Of a DNA stretch of 64,000 nt, positions 12,895 to 24,869 are shown one piece after another. The number at the start of each line of letters is the position of its first letter. Position 1 is the stretch's first letter. Both the position numbers and the translations under genes were made by a program. Source of the DNA: Mytilus californianus (lineage: Eukaryota); NCBI RefSeq assembly GCF_021869535.1, contig NW_026262668.1:30938001-31002000 (forward strand), given 5' to 3'. The notes under the pieces are model-generated. The model was not told where the DNA came from. It saw nothing but the letters and a program-made list of their open reading frames with translations, and did not search any database.

Positions 12895-13570
12895 TTTTGT
12901 GTCGAGCCTGCGACATTATGTCTCGAAAGCGAGACATAACGAACGTAAACTCTGGTGACTCAGCGGCGTCAACTTTTAGGTGTAGTCTGTGGTTAAAGTT
13001 TCGTCAAACTTTGTCAAAGCTCACGAATTTTACGAAACTTGGACAGAATCTTTTCTATGGTCAAAAGACAGTATCCAGAGCAAAATTTGGAACATTCTTT
13101 TTTTATATCTTTTCCGTATTGATGAGGAATTAGATTTTTTTGCAGCTGATATTAAAATACAGTCCGGGATAAAAGTTTTTTTATACATCAATAACTTTAT
13201 CAAACCTTCATAGAAGTTTATGAAACTTTGACAGAAGCTCTGTTATGATTAAGAGATGACGTCTGAAGCAAACAAATTTTTTTCGTTTTCCGTATTTTAC
13301 AGATAAACTCTTTTAGCAGTGAACAATAGGACACATTAATTTGTAGATATCAATAAAGTCAAACATTTATTGAATGTCATGAAACTTGGACAGAAGCTTG
13401 TTCAATATCAAGATATAGCATCTGAAGAAAGACATAAAATTTCATGATTATATTACCACACTTTACTAATAGATGGATTGAGTTTTTAGAAGTCAACATT
13501 ACACGTTTACACTGACAGCCGCAATTTCAGACGAGACACAGGTTGCCGCGGAATTCTTAACGATCTTTTT
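12895..13570 (-). mobile_element. Helentron/HINE-like element, same family as 41545-42632
   Basis: Ends TTGTGTCGAGCC...AAAGCGAGACATA and AGACGAGACACAGGTTGCCGCGGAATTCTTAACG are reverse complements of the 41.5-kb element termini. Confidence 0.6.
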
Positions 13571-15123
13571 TTCTTCCACTGATCAATATTAAAAGGGTCA
13601 GTTCAAAACCCATTGAACAAGGTTAACCCTACCAAATTTGTGTGTGTCTGTCCCTCGTTAGGAACTTCATCACTGATTATTGCTACTGTTTATTCATGCT
13701 ATAAATTGAAAAAAAAATTCAACATATCATGATCTATATTTCAATAATCGGTCTAACATTCTCAGGTGCATGATTCATATAGGAGTTTAACTTATTAAAC
13801 TTGAATCAAATTTCATAACGGTTTTTGGGTAATATCTGAAAAATCGTAACAAATAAAAACATACTATGAATTGATAATTACTATTAATAAGCTTTTCAGC
13901 TTGCTGCAAATTCATTTTTTCCCACAAAGCTATTTGGCCTCCATATATGGGAAAGGTTCCAGGAATCTATTAGTCGTAGGTCCTCTTCACCTTTGTACTC
14001 CTTAACATGTGACCTTGATAAGGTCGGACGGTCATAGTTTATTGAGACAGCTTTTACATTCGTGCATTTTCCCGTTAATTCATTTGCCTTAACAAATTAG
14101 TTCCATACACAAATTTTAACATGTAAACTACGCAAAAGTTTTAAAGTCAATGACTCATGAGGAGAAGGCGTAGCCACTTTATATCAATAGAAATTAGACG
14201 TATAAATGCTCATACAATTGCATACCAAATACCATTGATTTACTAGTAGTGGTTCATCTTAAACTGACTAAATTACAAACTTGCAAAAGTTTCAGTCAAT
14301 AGAACATGACTGAGGGAGCGGTGGATTTGAAATGTGTCAATGCTTATACAACTGCATATCAAATATTATCACTGACCTAACACTAGTGGTTCTCCTTAAA
14401 CTGGCCTAATCCCGACCTTTAACATGTAAATTAATGAAAAGTTTCAAAATCAATCGACCATGACTGATTAGAGATTTGCAAATTATCTCAATCGAAATGA
14501 GATGTGATAATGCTAATGCACTGTATACCAAATCTCACTGACCTACCACCAGTGGATCCCTATAAACTGACATAAACACAAACTAATACATTGTTGACGC
14601 CGCCGCCAACGTCTCGCTTTATCGACTTCGTTGAAGCGAGACAAATACAGTTACTAATCACACTTAACAAACACACAATCAGAGAGGTAAATCAATATCG
14701 TAAATTTCTGAAAATTATTTGAGGATCCGAACCACCGTAAAGAGATATCGGTGCCTGGACTATTTTCGTCTGAAAGGATAACCCGTGTTGAAGGAGGGTC
14801 TCTGTTTTTACTGTGCGGGGAGCATCTAAATACGCAGCCACGTCCGGTCGAGAAAAAAAAACTTAAATATACATAACACATTATCTCACCGATGCAACTG
14901 ACACAACCACGAAGAAACATGTGCAAATCGCTTGCATATCTATAAGAAAAAAAATACTCATATGGAAATTTTACATTATCACAAACACATTTAATGAGTA
15001 AAAATTATCAATAACATATCCAAATATATCGTTTAATTACATACAGATAGTATCTGTTACTTAAAATGTTAATCAGTGATTACTAGTTTGCCAATGATTA
15101 ATATATTATGATCTTTCCAATAA

Positions 15124-15421
15124 GGGAGCAACCATTTAACTTCAAAAAGGGGGGGGTTGGGGGGGGTTATGTTTTTTTTGTCGGAGTCAGATTATTTTTT
15201 TAGTTTTTCGACGCTATCAATCAAATTATTTTTTTTTCAAAATTTAACACTATAAGCTATGGGGAAAAACTGGATTCAGAATTTTTTTTTTGTCATCCGC
15301 TTGACCACAATATTTTTTTCATCAAATTTGGGATCAGAATATTTTTTTAGGAAAAAAAAACATAACCCCCCCCCCCCCCCCCCCCCCCCCCTTTTCCCTT
15401 TGAAGTTAAATGATCGTTCCC
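15124..15421. mobile_element. PIF/Harbinger-type MITE, same family as 8692-8931
   Basis: Same TIRs, TAA TSD at 15121-15123 and 15422-15424. Related partial copies at about 11980-12240, 56705-56822 and 63088-63345. Confidence 0.85.
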
Positions 15422-15608
15422 TAACAGCGTTTAAAAGTGATATTGCAGACGGAGAACCAATAATTTGGTAAGGAGGGATTTTGAGTCTATAATGGAAAAT
15501 GATGACTATCCTTCTAAGGCAAACTTCAGGTGGTGTATACTCCATACAACCCCTAAATCCGTCATTGTTTTTGTAAACCTGACTCAGTGTTTTCTGGAAT
15601 AAATTTCT

Positions 15609-15800
15609 TTCGGACACATTATAATTCTGACCCGGGTCGACCAGTATTTGCTCTTACTTCTGTCTGACGCGTCATTGTGCTTAGTTGAGAAGCAACAAAT
15701 ACCAATTTTACAGTCTTTGTTTTTTACTCGGCCGGGGATCGAACCCGAGACCTGCCGCACTCGGGGCGAGCTCACTACAACGAGACACCCGAGGCGGTTA
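15609..15800 (-). mobile_element. tRNA-derived SINE (Meta/MESC-like core) with intact head
   Basis: Minus strand has a tRNA-like head with B box GGTTCGATCC (15736-15745) followed by the core AAAGACTGTAAAATTGGTATTTG...AGCAAATACTGGTCG...ATAATGTGTCC. Headless copies at about 790-1045, 9275-9480, 46255-46525 and 50770-50885. Confidence 0.75.
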
Positions 15801-16689
15801 CACATACAAGTATGCAAGAGGACAATTTATGTGTACAAAGCAAAATAAACATTGCAAAACAAAACAAAAAATAAGATACAATTCAGTATAAACTTCGTAC
15901 AAATATTTAGTGATTGGCTTTCAAACAGTTTTTTGTGTACTTGTACGTTACAAAATGACGCCAATCAACCAAATTTATTAATGCTAGGATTTGAGCATTC
16001 TGCACACTATTTAAGCAATAATACATTGCTAACTTCTAAATTCCATCACTGACCAATAGTATTCAATTTTATATGTTTACTGAACGTACATTACCTGCAA
16101 ATCGACGGATCATTTGTAGCCTTCACCTTTCTGTGCAATCACGTGATTGAACGGATAGGTATACTCGATTCAGTATTATTTAGTTACATTAATCTCTATC
16201 ATTTGTAAGACCGTTATTTGGTTTCTTGTTCCAACATTTGGAATTCTAAGGCAATGCAATACTTAAATTTACGTATAGAATTATTGATTAACATTTCCTC
16301 TATTCTTTTGTGGACCACGGTTTTATTGATTAGAGGATTATCAGAAATTATTCGGTAGCGTAACAAGCTGCTGTTTTTTGTATGAAATTGTAAATAAAAT
16401 ATAAATCATTCTTCATATTAATGTAGAAAAAAAACTGTTCGTTATTGAATTTGTCATTTTCAGAGACAAACTGACGAGAGGTCTAATGTTTTAAATAAAT
16501 TTTCTCAATGAAATTGTGGTATACTCCTAATAGACATTTACGGAAAGTCTCGGTACCAACTGTTGACACCTACACTGACAGGTAAAATGAAAAGAGTTGT
16601 CTCAAAAATAAAAAAAGGTACTAAACAATTAGTTTTTCAAGGTAAAATTTGCAAATAAAAGTTAAACAAGATTTTACACAACGATTTAT

Positions 16690-17068
16690 TTATCCAAATA
16701 AGGTTTGTCTTCTGTTTACAAATCCTGCACAATTCTCCACAATTTGTCTGAGTTTTTGTCTTGGGTGCCTCCACAAAGTACCCATCACTTTATAATGTTT
16801 TAGGTCACCCATGGCATGTTCGACAAGAATTCTATATTCTGCACTAATTCTATTACATTTTCGAATCTTGCGTTTCTGGATCAGGTTTTCTGTCGATTTG
16901 CTGTCGCGTAAATGACGTAGTTACGGGATGCCGATTTGGATGAGTTTTATCCAGTAAAGGGTCCGGGGGAGGTCGAATAATTGAAAGAATGATCTGAATT
17001 AATTGTTGTAGAAACTCCGTTGAATCAGTAGGGTGGAGAATTAAAACTGGAAAAATCTCAAGAAACAT
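16690..17068 (-). pseudogene. Degraded PIF/Harbinger-superfamily (DDE_Tnp_4 / ISL2EU-like) transposase C-terminus
   Basis: LLDKTHPNRHPVTTSFTRQQI, then after a frameshift NRISAEYRILVEHAMGDLKHYKVMGTLWRH...IVENCAGFVNRR*, matching the ADKxYP...RxxVEHAIGxLK...CAxLxN pattern. Confidence 0.75.
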
Positions 17069-18083
17069 TTGTTTTCTAACAGGATCAATTGTTATCTACA
17101 ACATAATAATAGAAATTAACTTTAGAATAGGTAAGCATACATGTACATGCCGTTTGAATCGAAATTCTGGAAAACTATACTGAAATATTGAATTGCCATT
17201 TTGCTTTGTACTTTTGGAGTTATGATTTACAAAAAATGTCTACCTATAAAATTAACTTTAGTTCCACGTGTTATCAGCATAAAACGGCAACATGGAAGAT
17301 TGTGTTTCTGGTAAAAAGTCATTTTTTTGTAATTTAGATAAAGGAAACATATCAAATATCTTTGCCACAATGTGTAAAGCTTTTTAATGGAAAGATTGAG
17401 ATGACAGAATGCATTTTATATCAAAGATAAGTTTACATACATTTATATATAACTATGGCATTATAGATGAAGGATAAGAATCATTCAAAATAACGTATCT
17501 GGCTTCATATACACGTGTATTAGCTTGACGACATATCCGATTGAAATGTGCTGTTACTAAAACTCTGAATTCAAATTTTGATTCTTATTGTCGGTGGAGC
17601 GATAGTATGCTCCGTTTATGGACTCCTTATGAATCAAGTGCGCCGCTAAATTAACTTTTGAGACGACCCCTGTTATTTTTGCTGTCAGAGTCGGAGTCAA
17701 CAGTCGGAACCGAGACTTTCCGCAAATCTCTAATGGGGAACTGGTCAATGTCCTGACTTTATCAAAGGTGATTCCTCCCAAATTAATGATTTTGACGGTG
17801 AAAATCTAATACCAGATTATTATGAAGTGGACACTGAAATTATTAGGTTTTGTTGTAAATGTACAAGGTAAATCTTTATTAGAATTGTGTATTGCCTCTA
17901 GTCTACGTATATTAAATGACAGATAAATAGAGACAGTCTTGGTTACTATTTGTCAATAAATGGTTACAGTTCTGTGGATTTATAGATTATCGTTGATCAT
18001 CTCAACGAGATTGATTTTCTCGCTTGAGCCGGGACGGCGAAAGCGAGAAAAGCAATCGAGTTGAGATGACCAATGATAATCTG

Positions 18084-18255
18084 GGTTGCGTTCAATATCG
18101 TAGCGGCCTCATAGGGCTACGTAGATTTATGACTATTGAACGTGTAGCTAGCCTAGCTGCTACATAGATATTGATAGCAGCTAGGCTAGCTACTCGTTCA
18201 GTAGGCAAAAATCTACGTATAGCACTATGTAGCTGCTACGATATTGAACGCAACC
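18084..18255. mobile_element. 172-bp nearly fully palindromic MITE with CTG TSD, inserted in another repeat
   Basis: GGTTGCGTTCAATATCGTAGC ... GCTACGATATTGAACGCAACC, flanked by CTG (18081-18083, 18256-18258); inner arms TAGCTAGCCTAGCTGCTA / TAGCAGCTAGGCTAGCTA. Confidence 0.85.
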
Positions 18256-19887
18256 CTGTTTATCGCTATTTTACCTATGACGACGTTGTCAATTCAATTT
18301 CATGTCAATTTCATTAGCAACGGCACGTGCCCCCTTAGTTTCTCGCGATAATTTTCATATCACTCGACTCCGCTGAATTATCAGTCAGTAAGATCAAAGG
18401 AAATTTTCGTAAAATAGCGATAATATGCAGTAATTAGCGAAAGTCTCCTGTCCTTAATGAAATAATTTAAAAATGATGATTTTACTTACTTGTCAGATCA
18501 ATGTGCAAATTCATTTTACTTCAAAATTTTAATGTTAAACAAATCTATCCAAAGTCTATTCAAATTATTTTTGTAAAGAATTCCGCTCAAGTATGTGCTA
18601 GGGGCCGTCTTAAACTTGCAGTGAGGTGAGAGTTTTTTTGCTCCTTGTTGAAGGCTTCACTGTGACTTTGAGATTAAGAACAGCAATAAAAGCACTGTTC
18701 CTTTGCTTTTTGTGTTTTTTAGCTGTGCATGGACTGATTTTGTATCATGGATGGATACCCCATATCCTTTGTTTTTCTATTAGGAAGGTGACATTTGAAT
18801 ATTAACTTAGTGTATTGCGTCTATATGTTAGTACCTTTTTTATATTTTTGATTGCAGTTTAAAATGACGAACATGACGATATCTTCATGGTATTGAATTG
18901 GTTTTTTTTTAAAGATGAAACTTTGCATTATATTATATTCATTAACTTAAGGAAATTCATTATTTCTGTTTATATCCACACAGCAATTCTTAGTAAATAG
19001 GTTTATAATCATATAGCCCCGAAAAACATAATATTATCGGATGTTCACATATATAAAAAACATGTCAAGAATCTAAGCATACTTTTTTTACAATAGAAAA
19101 ATCCTAATGCTATTCGTTTATAAAGGCGATTTTGATAGGGCGACGTCATATGTTTTGTGGTAAAATGTGCGCACGCTCAACGCTTTTACAACCTTATAAG
19201 ATTTAAAAAAGAAGCATTCAATTTAATTCTTATAATCACATTTTTATACTACAACCCTGAGATAACGAGTTGTATAAAATTGTTGTTTGTTTTTCTTTGC
19301 ATTGTTGTCACGGAAAGCACGTGCCGTCATAAATGTTGCAGTTTATTGGGAAATAAAATCTAATTTTGGAAGTCCCTCAATTGTATCGGCCAATCAAAAG
19401 TACGGATTCTTATGAAAACATGAAATGTAATACATAGTAATATAAGAATTTGATATATATATAAGAAACGGCCGCGGTTTAAGTGAAATATGACCAACAT
19501 GTTTTTATTATTGCCCTATTTCGGTTAAAACACATATACTTATCGGATTTCATTTCGAACCACTGCCATTACAAATGATAGATAATGAGAAATTTGATAT
19601 AAGTGAGGATCAATAACATAGTAATTTGTTAAATTACCTATAATAGTTAATATATTTTGTTCGAAAAGAAAATGTGTTATTTGAACGTTCTCAAATAAAT
19701 ATCATTATTGGTTAATTTGCTTCAACACATACATGTAGTTAGCAACAATTGTTAATTTGGATTAATGAACCTATTTAAGAAAGAATGAAACGTTTTAACA
19801 GAAGTAGTTTGCCATTTCAGCATTCAGATGAGGATCTCATAAACATATGCAAGACAACTTCAGACTATCGAAGTTAGTAATAGTACA

Positions 19888-20784
19888 ATGAATGGACTTC
19901 AGATTGTGCGTGTGGTAGTGCTCTCATCGTCATTACTACCTCATGTCCTGTCAATTTCACTGTTGGTTACTTCGACAAATTTGAAGCAAGTGAGATTTCA
20001 GAAACTAGTTTTGTCTTTGAGCATAAGTGATATTCTTTCTTTGGTAGAATTGCTCCTCGTTATTATGCTACAAGAATTAAGTTCGGAGAACACCAGTTTT
20101 ATCCCTCCGTGCAAATCATTAACAAGATTCACCTTGGGAACTTTCGTCTTCTCATTATATCAATGCGCATTGATTTGCATGGAGCGACTACATGCAACGT
20201 TTGCAACAGAAAATGTGTTTTTGCAAAACCTGACCTCGAACAAAGGCGTAGTTGTAGCGTTTTGGATTTTTCATTGCGTAGCAATACTCCACGTGATTAT
20301 CGATTTAACAACACAAGAAAACACAAACGGATGTACAGCTATAACATTCACAGACACTTCAATGTTGTTTTTAGTTGATTTACCGATAGTTTGTATTTAT
20401 CTCTTAATTGTTGTTGTTTATGCTGTTATCATGGTACGTGTCATTAGACGAACAGCGATCCAGTCACAAAACCCCGTCCAATCAACAAACTCGTCTGGAA
20501 AACTGCAGCCGATTGTCACGCTTACAATTACCATAGCTCTTTCTCTGTTGGCGAACATACCGCGTTCTGTGGTTGCGTTTTATTCACTTATATTCGTTCC
20601 TTCGGAATCTGATGTATCATGGATGACACGATGTAATTCAATGATTCTGTTGAATTTTCTACTCGATCCATTCATTTATGTGTTTTGCATCAAAGATTTT
20701 AGACAACGACTGAAAGCGTTGTTGTGTAAAAAGTCAAACAATGTGCAGCCGTCCGAATTAGAACCGGTTGGAGGAGATTTATGA
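19888..20784 (+). CDS. Intronless class A (rhodopsin-like) orphan GPCR, 298 aa
   Basis: Single ORF with seven hydrophobic segments; TM2 LSISD, Cys at the top of TM3 (PPCK), TM3 end ICMERLHA (DRY variant), TM6 ANIPR, TM7 NFLLDPFIY (NPxxY variant), helix 8 KDFRQRL. Confidence 0.9.
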   Translation: MNGLQIVRVVVLSSSLLPHVLSISLLVTSTNLKQVRFQKLVLSLSISDILSLVELLLVIMLQELSSENTSFIPPCKSLTRFTLGTFVFSLYQCALICMERLHATFATENVFLQNLTSNKGVVVAFWIFHCVAILHVIIDLTTQENTNGCTAITFTDTSMLFLVDLPIVCIYLLIVVVYAVIMVRVIRRTAIQSQNPVQSTNSSGKLQPIVTLTITIALSLLANIPRSVVAFYSLIFVPSESDVSWMTRCNSMILLNFLLDPFIYVFCIKDFRQRLKALLCKKSNNVQPSELEPVGGDL

Positions 20785-21899
20785 TGATCTATGCCTACAC
20801 CAAATACCATATTTTATCATTGTTAAATTATGTAGCGACCTATAGCGTTGACAAATTATCCAAAAAACATAAGCTCTTGTGAATTAAAATATATGAATAT
20901 TATAATCAACGACAATTATTGGAAATCTTAAATATTTGTGGTATTTTTTTTAGTATTGTTATTCTTTGTGAATGTATTCATCAAAATAAATTGCTTTGAC
21001 ATATGAACAATGAATTTTTATCGTTACAAACTAATCAACTATACATTTCTCTCTCTCTTCGTATGTTTCGTTAGAGCTTTTTAAAATTAAGCGTTCGTCC
21101 TGAACATGCATAATTTTTTAGGCCATTTTTCCCTATTCTTTATACTTTTTGACCATTATTCTCTATTCTTTATATTTTAGCACCTCGTTATTCTCTATTC
21201 TTTATTTTTTTGGTCCATTTTTTTCTTTTCTTTATATTTTTTGCCCATTATTCTCTATTCAGTAAACCCCATCCACACCCTATATTATGTTAAGTTATTT
21301 GTGTACCAAAAATGAATATAATAGGACAGACAAGGAACAGACAATGAAATACATATGCAATGTATTTTATGAAGTTGACCAAACGATTGTACAGGAAAGG
21401 CCCAAGTGATTTTACAGTAAACTCGCAAGCGATTGTACAGTCAATAAAACTACGATATCCGACATTGAGATAATGGATGTATTTGGATTTCTACTGGGAC
21501 AATGGCTTTTAAACTTTCTGACAGGTAAAACTCTATATCAGAAAAGGTACAAGTGAAAATTCAGTTAGTAACGATTTATTTTTCTATGTTTTTTTGACAT
21601 TCTTATCGCTGTTGTGTGACAGTTTTGATCGATTAATTCGAAGCTCCACCATTCAAAGGAAAACGTTTGGATGCATATATCGTCTTTATTATTTGATTGT
21701 TTCATATTAACATATGGAATGTTTTCGTTACCAATTTTTGAAGCAGAAACGTTACATAGTAACATTTGAGTTCATCAAACTTTTCATCTAGCAACCTGCT
21801 ATTTTTTCGAATGTCTGAGCCCCGCTTGACAGTCTCCCGAACGATCAAAAAAATGAAAAACCGTAGAGTTCCGTTCACACACTGTTATTGTGTTCCCTT

Positions 21900-22375
21900 T
21901 ATTCATTTGTAAATTATTTTCAAATTGTAAAATTCGAATATCCACAATATTCATACATTTATTTAAAAAAAGGATCGAAGAGATTTTTTATCAGATTTTC
22001 CCCGATTACACCAACTTTTACGACATGATGGAAGAGCGTCTTTAATTAATTGGCGACACTGTTTCCAATGTATTTCAGATGGTAGACGATATGTTGGTCA
22101 AGTTTTTAACTGCTCGGTCTTGAACAATGTTGAGATCTCCCGTAATAACATGGCCGTATGGATCATATCAAAAGTTCTATGTTGAAGGAGCATTATATAA
22201 TTATTTCCTATACTGACGTCTGATGTAACTGACGTATAATTAAAAATTAAACTTGTACTGAGTTTTTTGTATGTATACGAAATAATAGGTGGTTCTATGT
22301 TATCAAAATAGGGAGATATAAAGTTTTGAATGTCCATTTCGCTATTTTCTTAATTACCCCCCACCCCCAGATACT
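21900..22375 (-). mobile_element. Penelope-like element N-terminal ORF fragment
   Basis: ISPYFDNIEPPIISYTYKKLSTSLIFNY resembles the pre-RT region of bivalve PLE ORFs (recalled); heavily decayed. Confidence 0.5.
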
Positions 22376-24869
22376 TGGAAATATCGTGTAGATTAGTTAT
22401 ACGATCACTCCCATTTTTTGGTGGGGTTCGTGTTGCCCAGTCTTTAGTTTTCTATGTTGTGTTTTGCGTACTATTGTGTGTCTGTTTGTCTTTTTCTTTT
22501 TTAGTCATGGCGTTGTCAGTTTATTTTCGACTTATGAGTCTGAATGTCCCGTCGGTATCTTTCGCCCTCTTTTATAACAATATTTTACGGTTCAAGTAAT
22601 TGTATTAAACAATTGATTTTTAATATTAGCAATTATACGCTGCACCACGACGATTGTTTAATTGATTGATTGCCGCGAACGTCCAATGACAAATAAGTAT
22701 GTGTTGTGTCTCATTATGAAGAAGATGCAGGGTTTATTTGTTTCCTCCCAAAATAGATACATTAATAATAAATTTAAAAAAAGCGAAATCAGAATACTTT
22801 TTGAAACGAAAAAAAAACTCGTAAACGTTTGATGTATATTCATAATTTGGACTATATATATAAAGCTAGCTGATTGTTTTATAAATAAACTCTGTCTCAT
22901 CATAGATATGACGTTTATACCAAAGTAATAACGATATTTGTTTGCACGTTTTCTATCATGAGGATTTTAACATGGAAAATGAAATAATAACAATTACACA
23001 TTTTGCTCGACATTGTAATAGAAAATAATGATATTATTGCAATAGAAAAACTCGCACAGACCAAAACTGCAACCGATTATCACCTCCTCGTCTAAACTAC
23101 ACCAATAAAATTTGTCAATGAAACCAAATTACAAGTATTACATTTATCACCCGATTTAGTGAAAAAGGCGTATCATTTTAAAACAAAGCGATTCACGTTA
23201 ATTAAAGAATTGACCTCTTTCCCCAAACACCAAAATGATGAAAAGTTCAAATAGATCGAATTGACCGCTTTTCCCAAACACCGAAATGATGAAAAGACTA
23301 AATAGATGTAACACAAAAGTTTATGCGGACTCTACAATCTAATTAAAATATAGAACTCTGAAAATCAGAGTTCTATACTTAATTAGATTGGCGGACTCTA
23401 AAAACCAGTCATTATGTAAATTTGTCTGCCTTTGGAAAATGATATTTTTTTCACATCTTGGAAGAATGGAAAGACACAGGGATGGAAAAACGTCAACAGT
23501 TCATCTTAAACTGGTAGATCTTAAACTGAACATGCAACTCAAATGCGTGCTAACACTTAATCCGTTCGATGTGTACTGATTGATACTTTAGTCTTGGAGA
23601 ACATGATTTATTTATTAGTTGTTATTCAATTGGACTTTGAACTTGCTTTCAGTCACTGCGAGTACTCTTACCACCTACTCATCGGTATTTGGGTCTATTG
23701 TCTTTATGTTTGCTTGGTTTTTTTTTTTTGTGATTCGAGCCAATCTGATGGGTCAAGCCATTTCATACAATTGATTTTTATAGTTTGTCCTAATGTTGTG
23801 CTGTTACACCAGTTTCCAAGGTTAGGGGTAGGTTTGAACTTTCACAAACAAATTCAACCCTGCCACATTTTATATTTGCATGTCACAAGTCAGGAGCCAG
23901 TAATTCAGTGTTTGTCGTTGGGTGTTGTCTGTTGTATTTGTTATACGTTCATTGCTAAGTTATAAATCCTGGTTGGTTTTAATATTGATTTTTTCGTTTG
24001 AATTGTTACACATTTGGTTAAGTCAGGGCCCTTTTATAGCCGACTTTACGGTATGTATTTTACTCATTGATTAAGTCCGTATGGTGACTTATAATTGATT
24101 AAATCTGCTTCATTTGAATAGCTGCCTCTTGGAAAAACTTGGCACGCATTTTTATACTGCATGCCATAACATTCTACATAAATTAAAAAAAATAACATCA
24201 CACAAACGTACATCGGAAATAAGTTGAAAGCAGATATGTATATTAATTTTTTACAAGGAATATGTTTGCTTTGTTAAACTATCTAATCAGACGGTTTCAA
24301 TCTGCCAAGTTGTACAAATAGTTGATTTTATAAAAAAAAAAAGCTAAACATGCATATTTCAGATTGAGTGAACCTTCACATTAAAACAAAATCATTCTGA
24401 ATCGATGAACACTATATTCTGATGGCATTCCATGTAGTTATTGATAATTCATAATAAAAAGAAAATCATGAACAATCTAAATAAAATTAGACATGTTTAT
24501 AATAAATTGGATGAAACTGAAGAAATCCGTTTAACGTTACCTCATGGTCGCTTACAAGACCATAATGCAATGTTTCGTTATGAATTAAGTACACTTCGAC
24601 TCTTCACGGTAAGCTTAGACTCGTTACGGTAAATTTCGGAATGCATGACTGTAAACTCCGGTATTTTGATTGCAGTATATTGCCAGAATATATTCAGGTT
24701 TTCTGATAGTATGCTGATACCTAAAACTTCGGCATATGTATGGTTCATATTTGATACCGATCATTCATGTGTTTTGTCTTATGGTATTAATGCCAATGAG
24801 ACAACTCTCCACCACTCTTCTTCATTCACAAACTAATCTAGTTGATGTCCGCTGGTACTTCTTTCTTAT

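Noticed and set aside
13861-13899. Candidate 39-nt phase-0 exon (QAEKLINSNYQFI) for the ZP gene
   Set aside because: Splice signals are plausible but it does not supply a signal peptide and has no homology support.
15725-15800. tRNA-like sequence with B box
   Set aside because: It is the head of a SINE (continues into the SINE core), not a tRNA gene.
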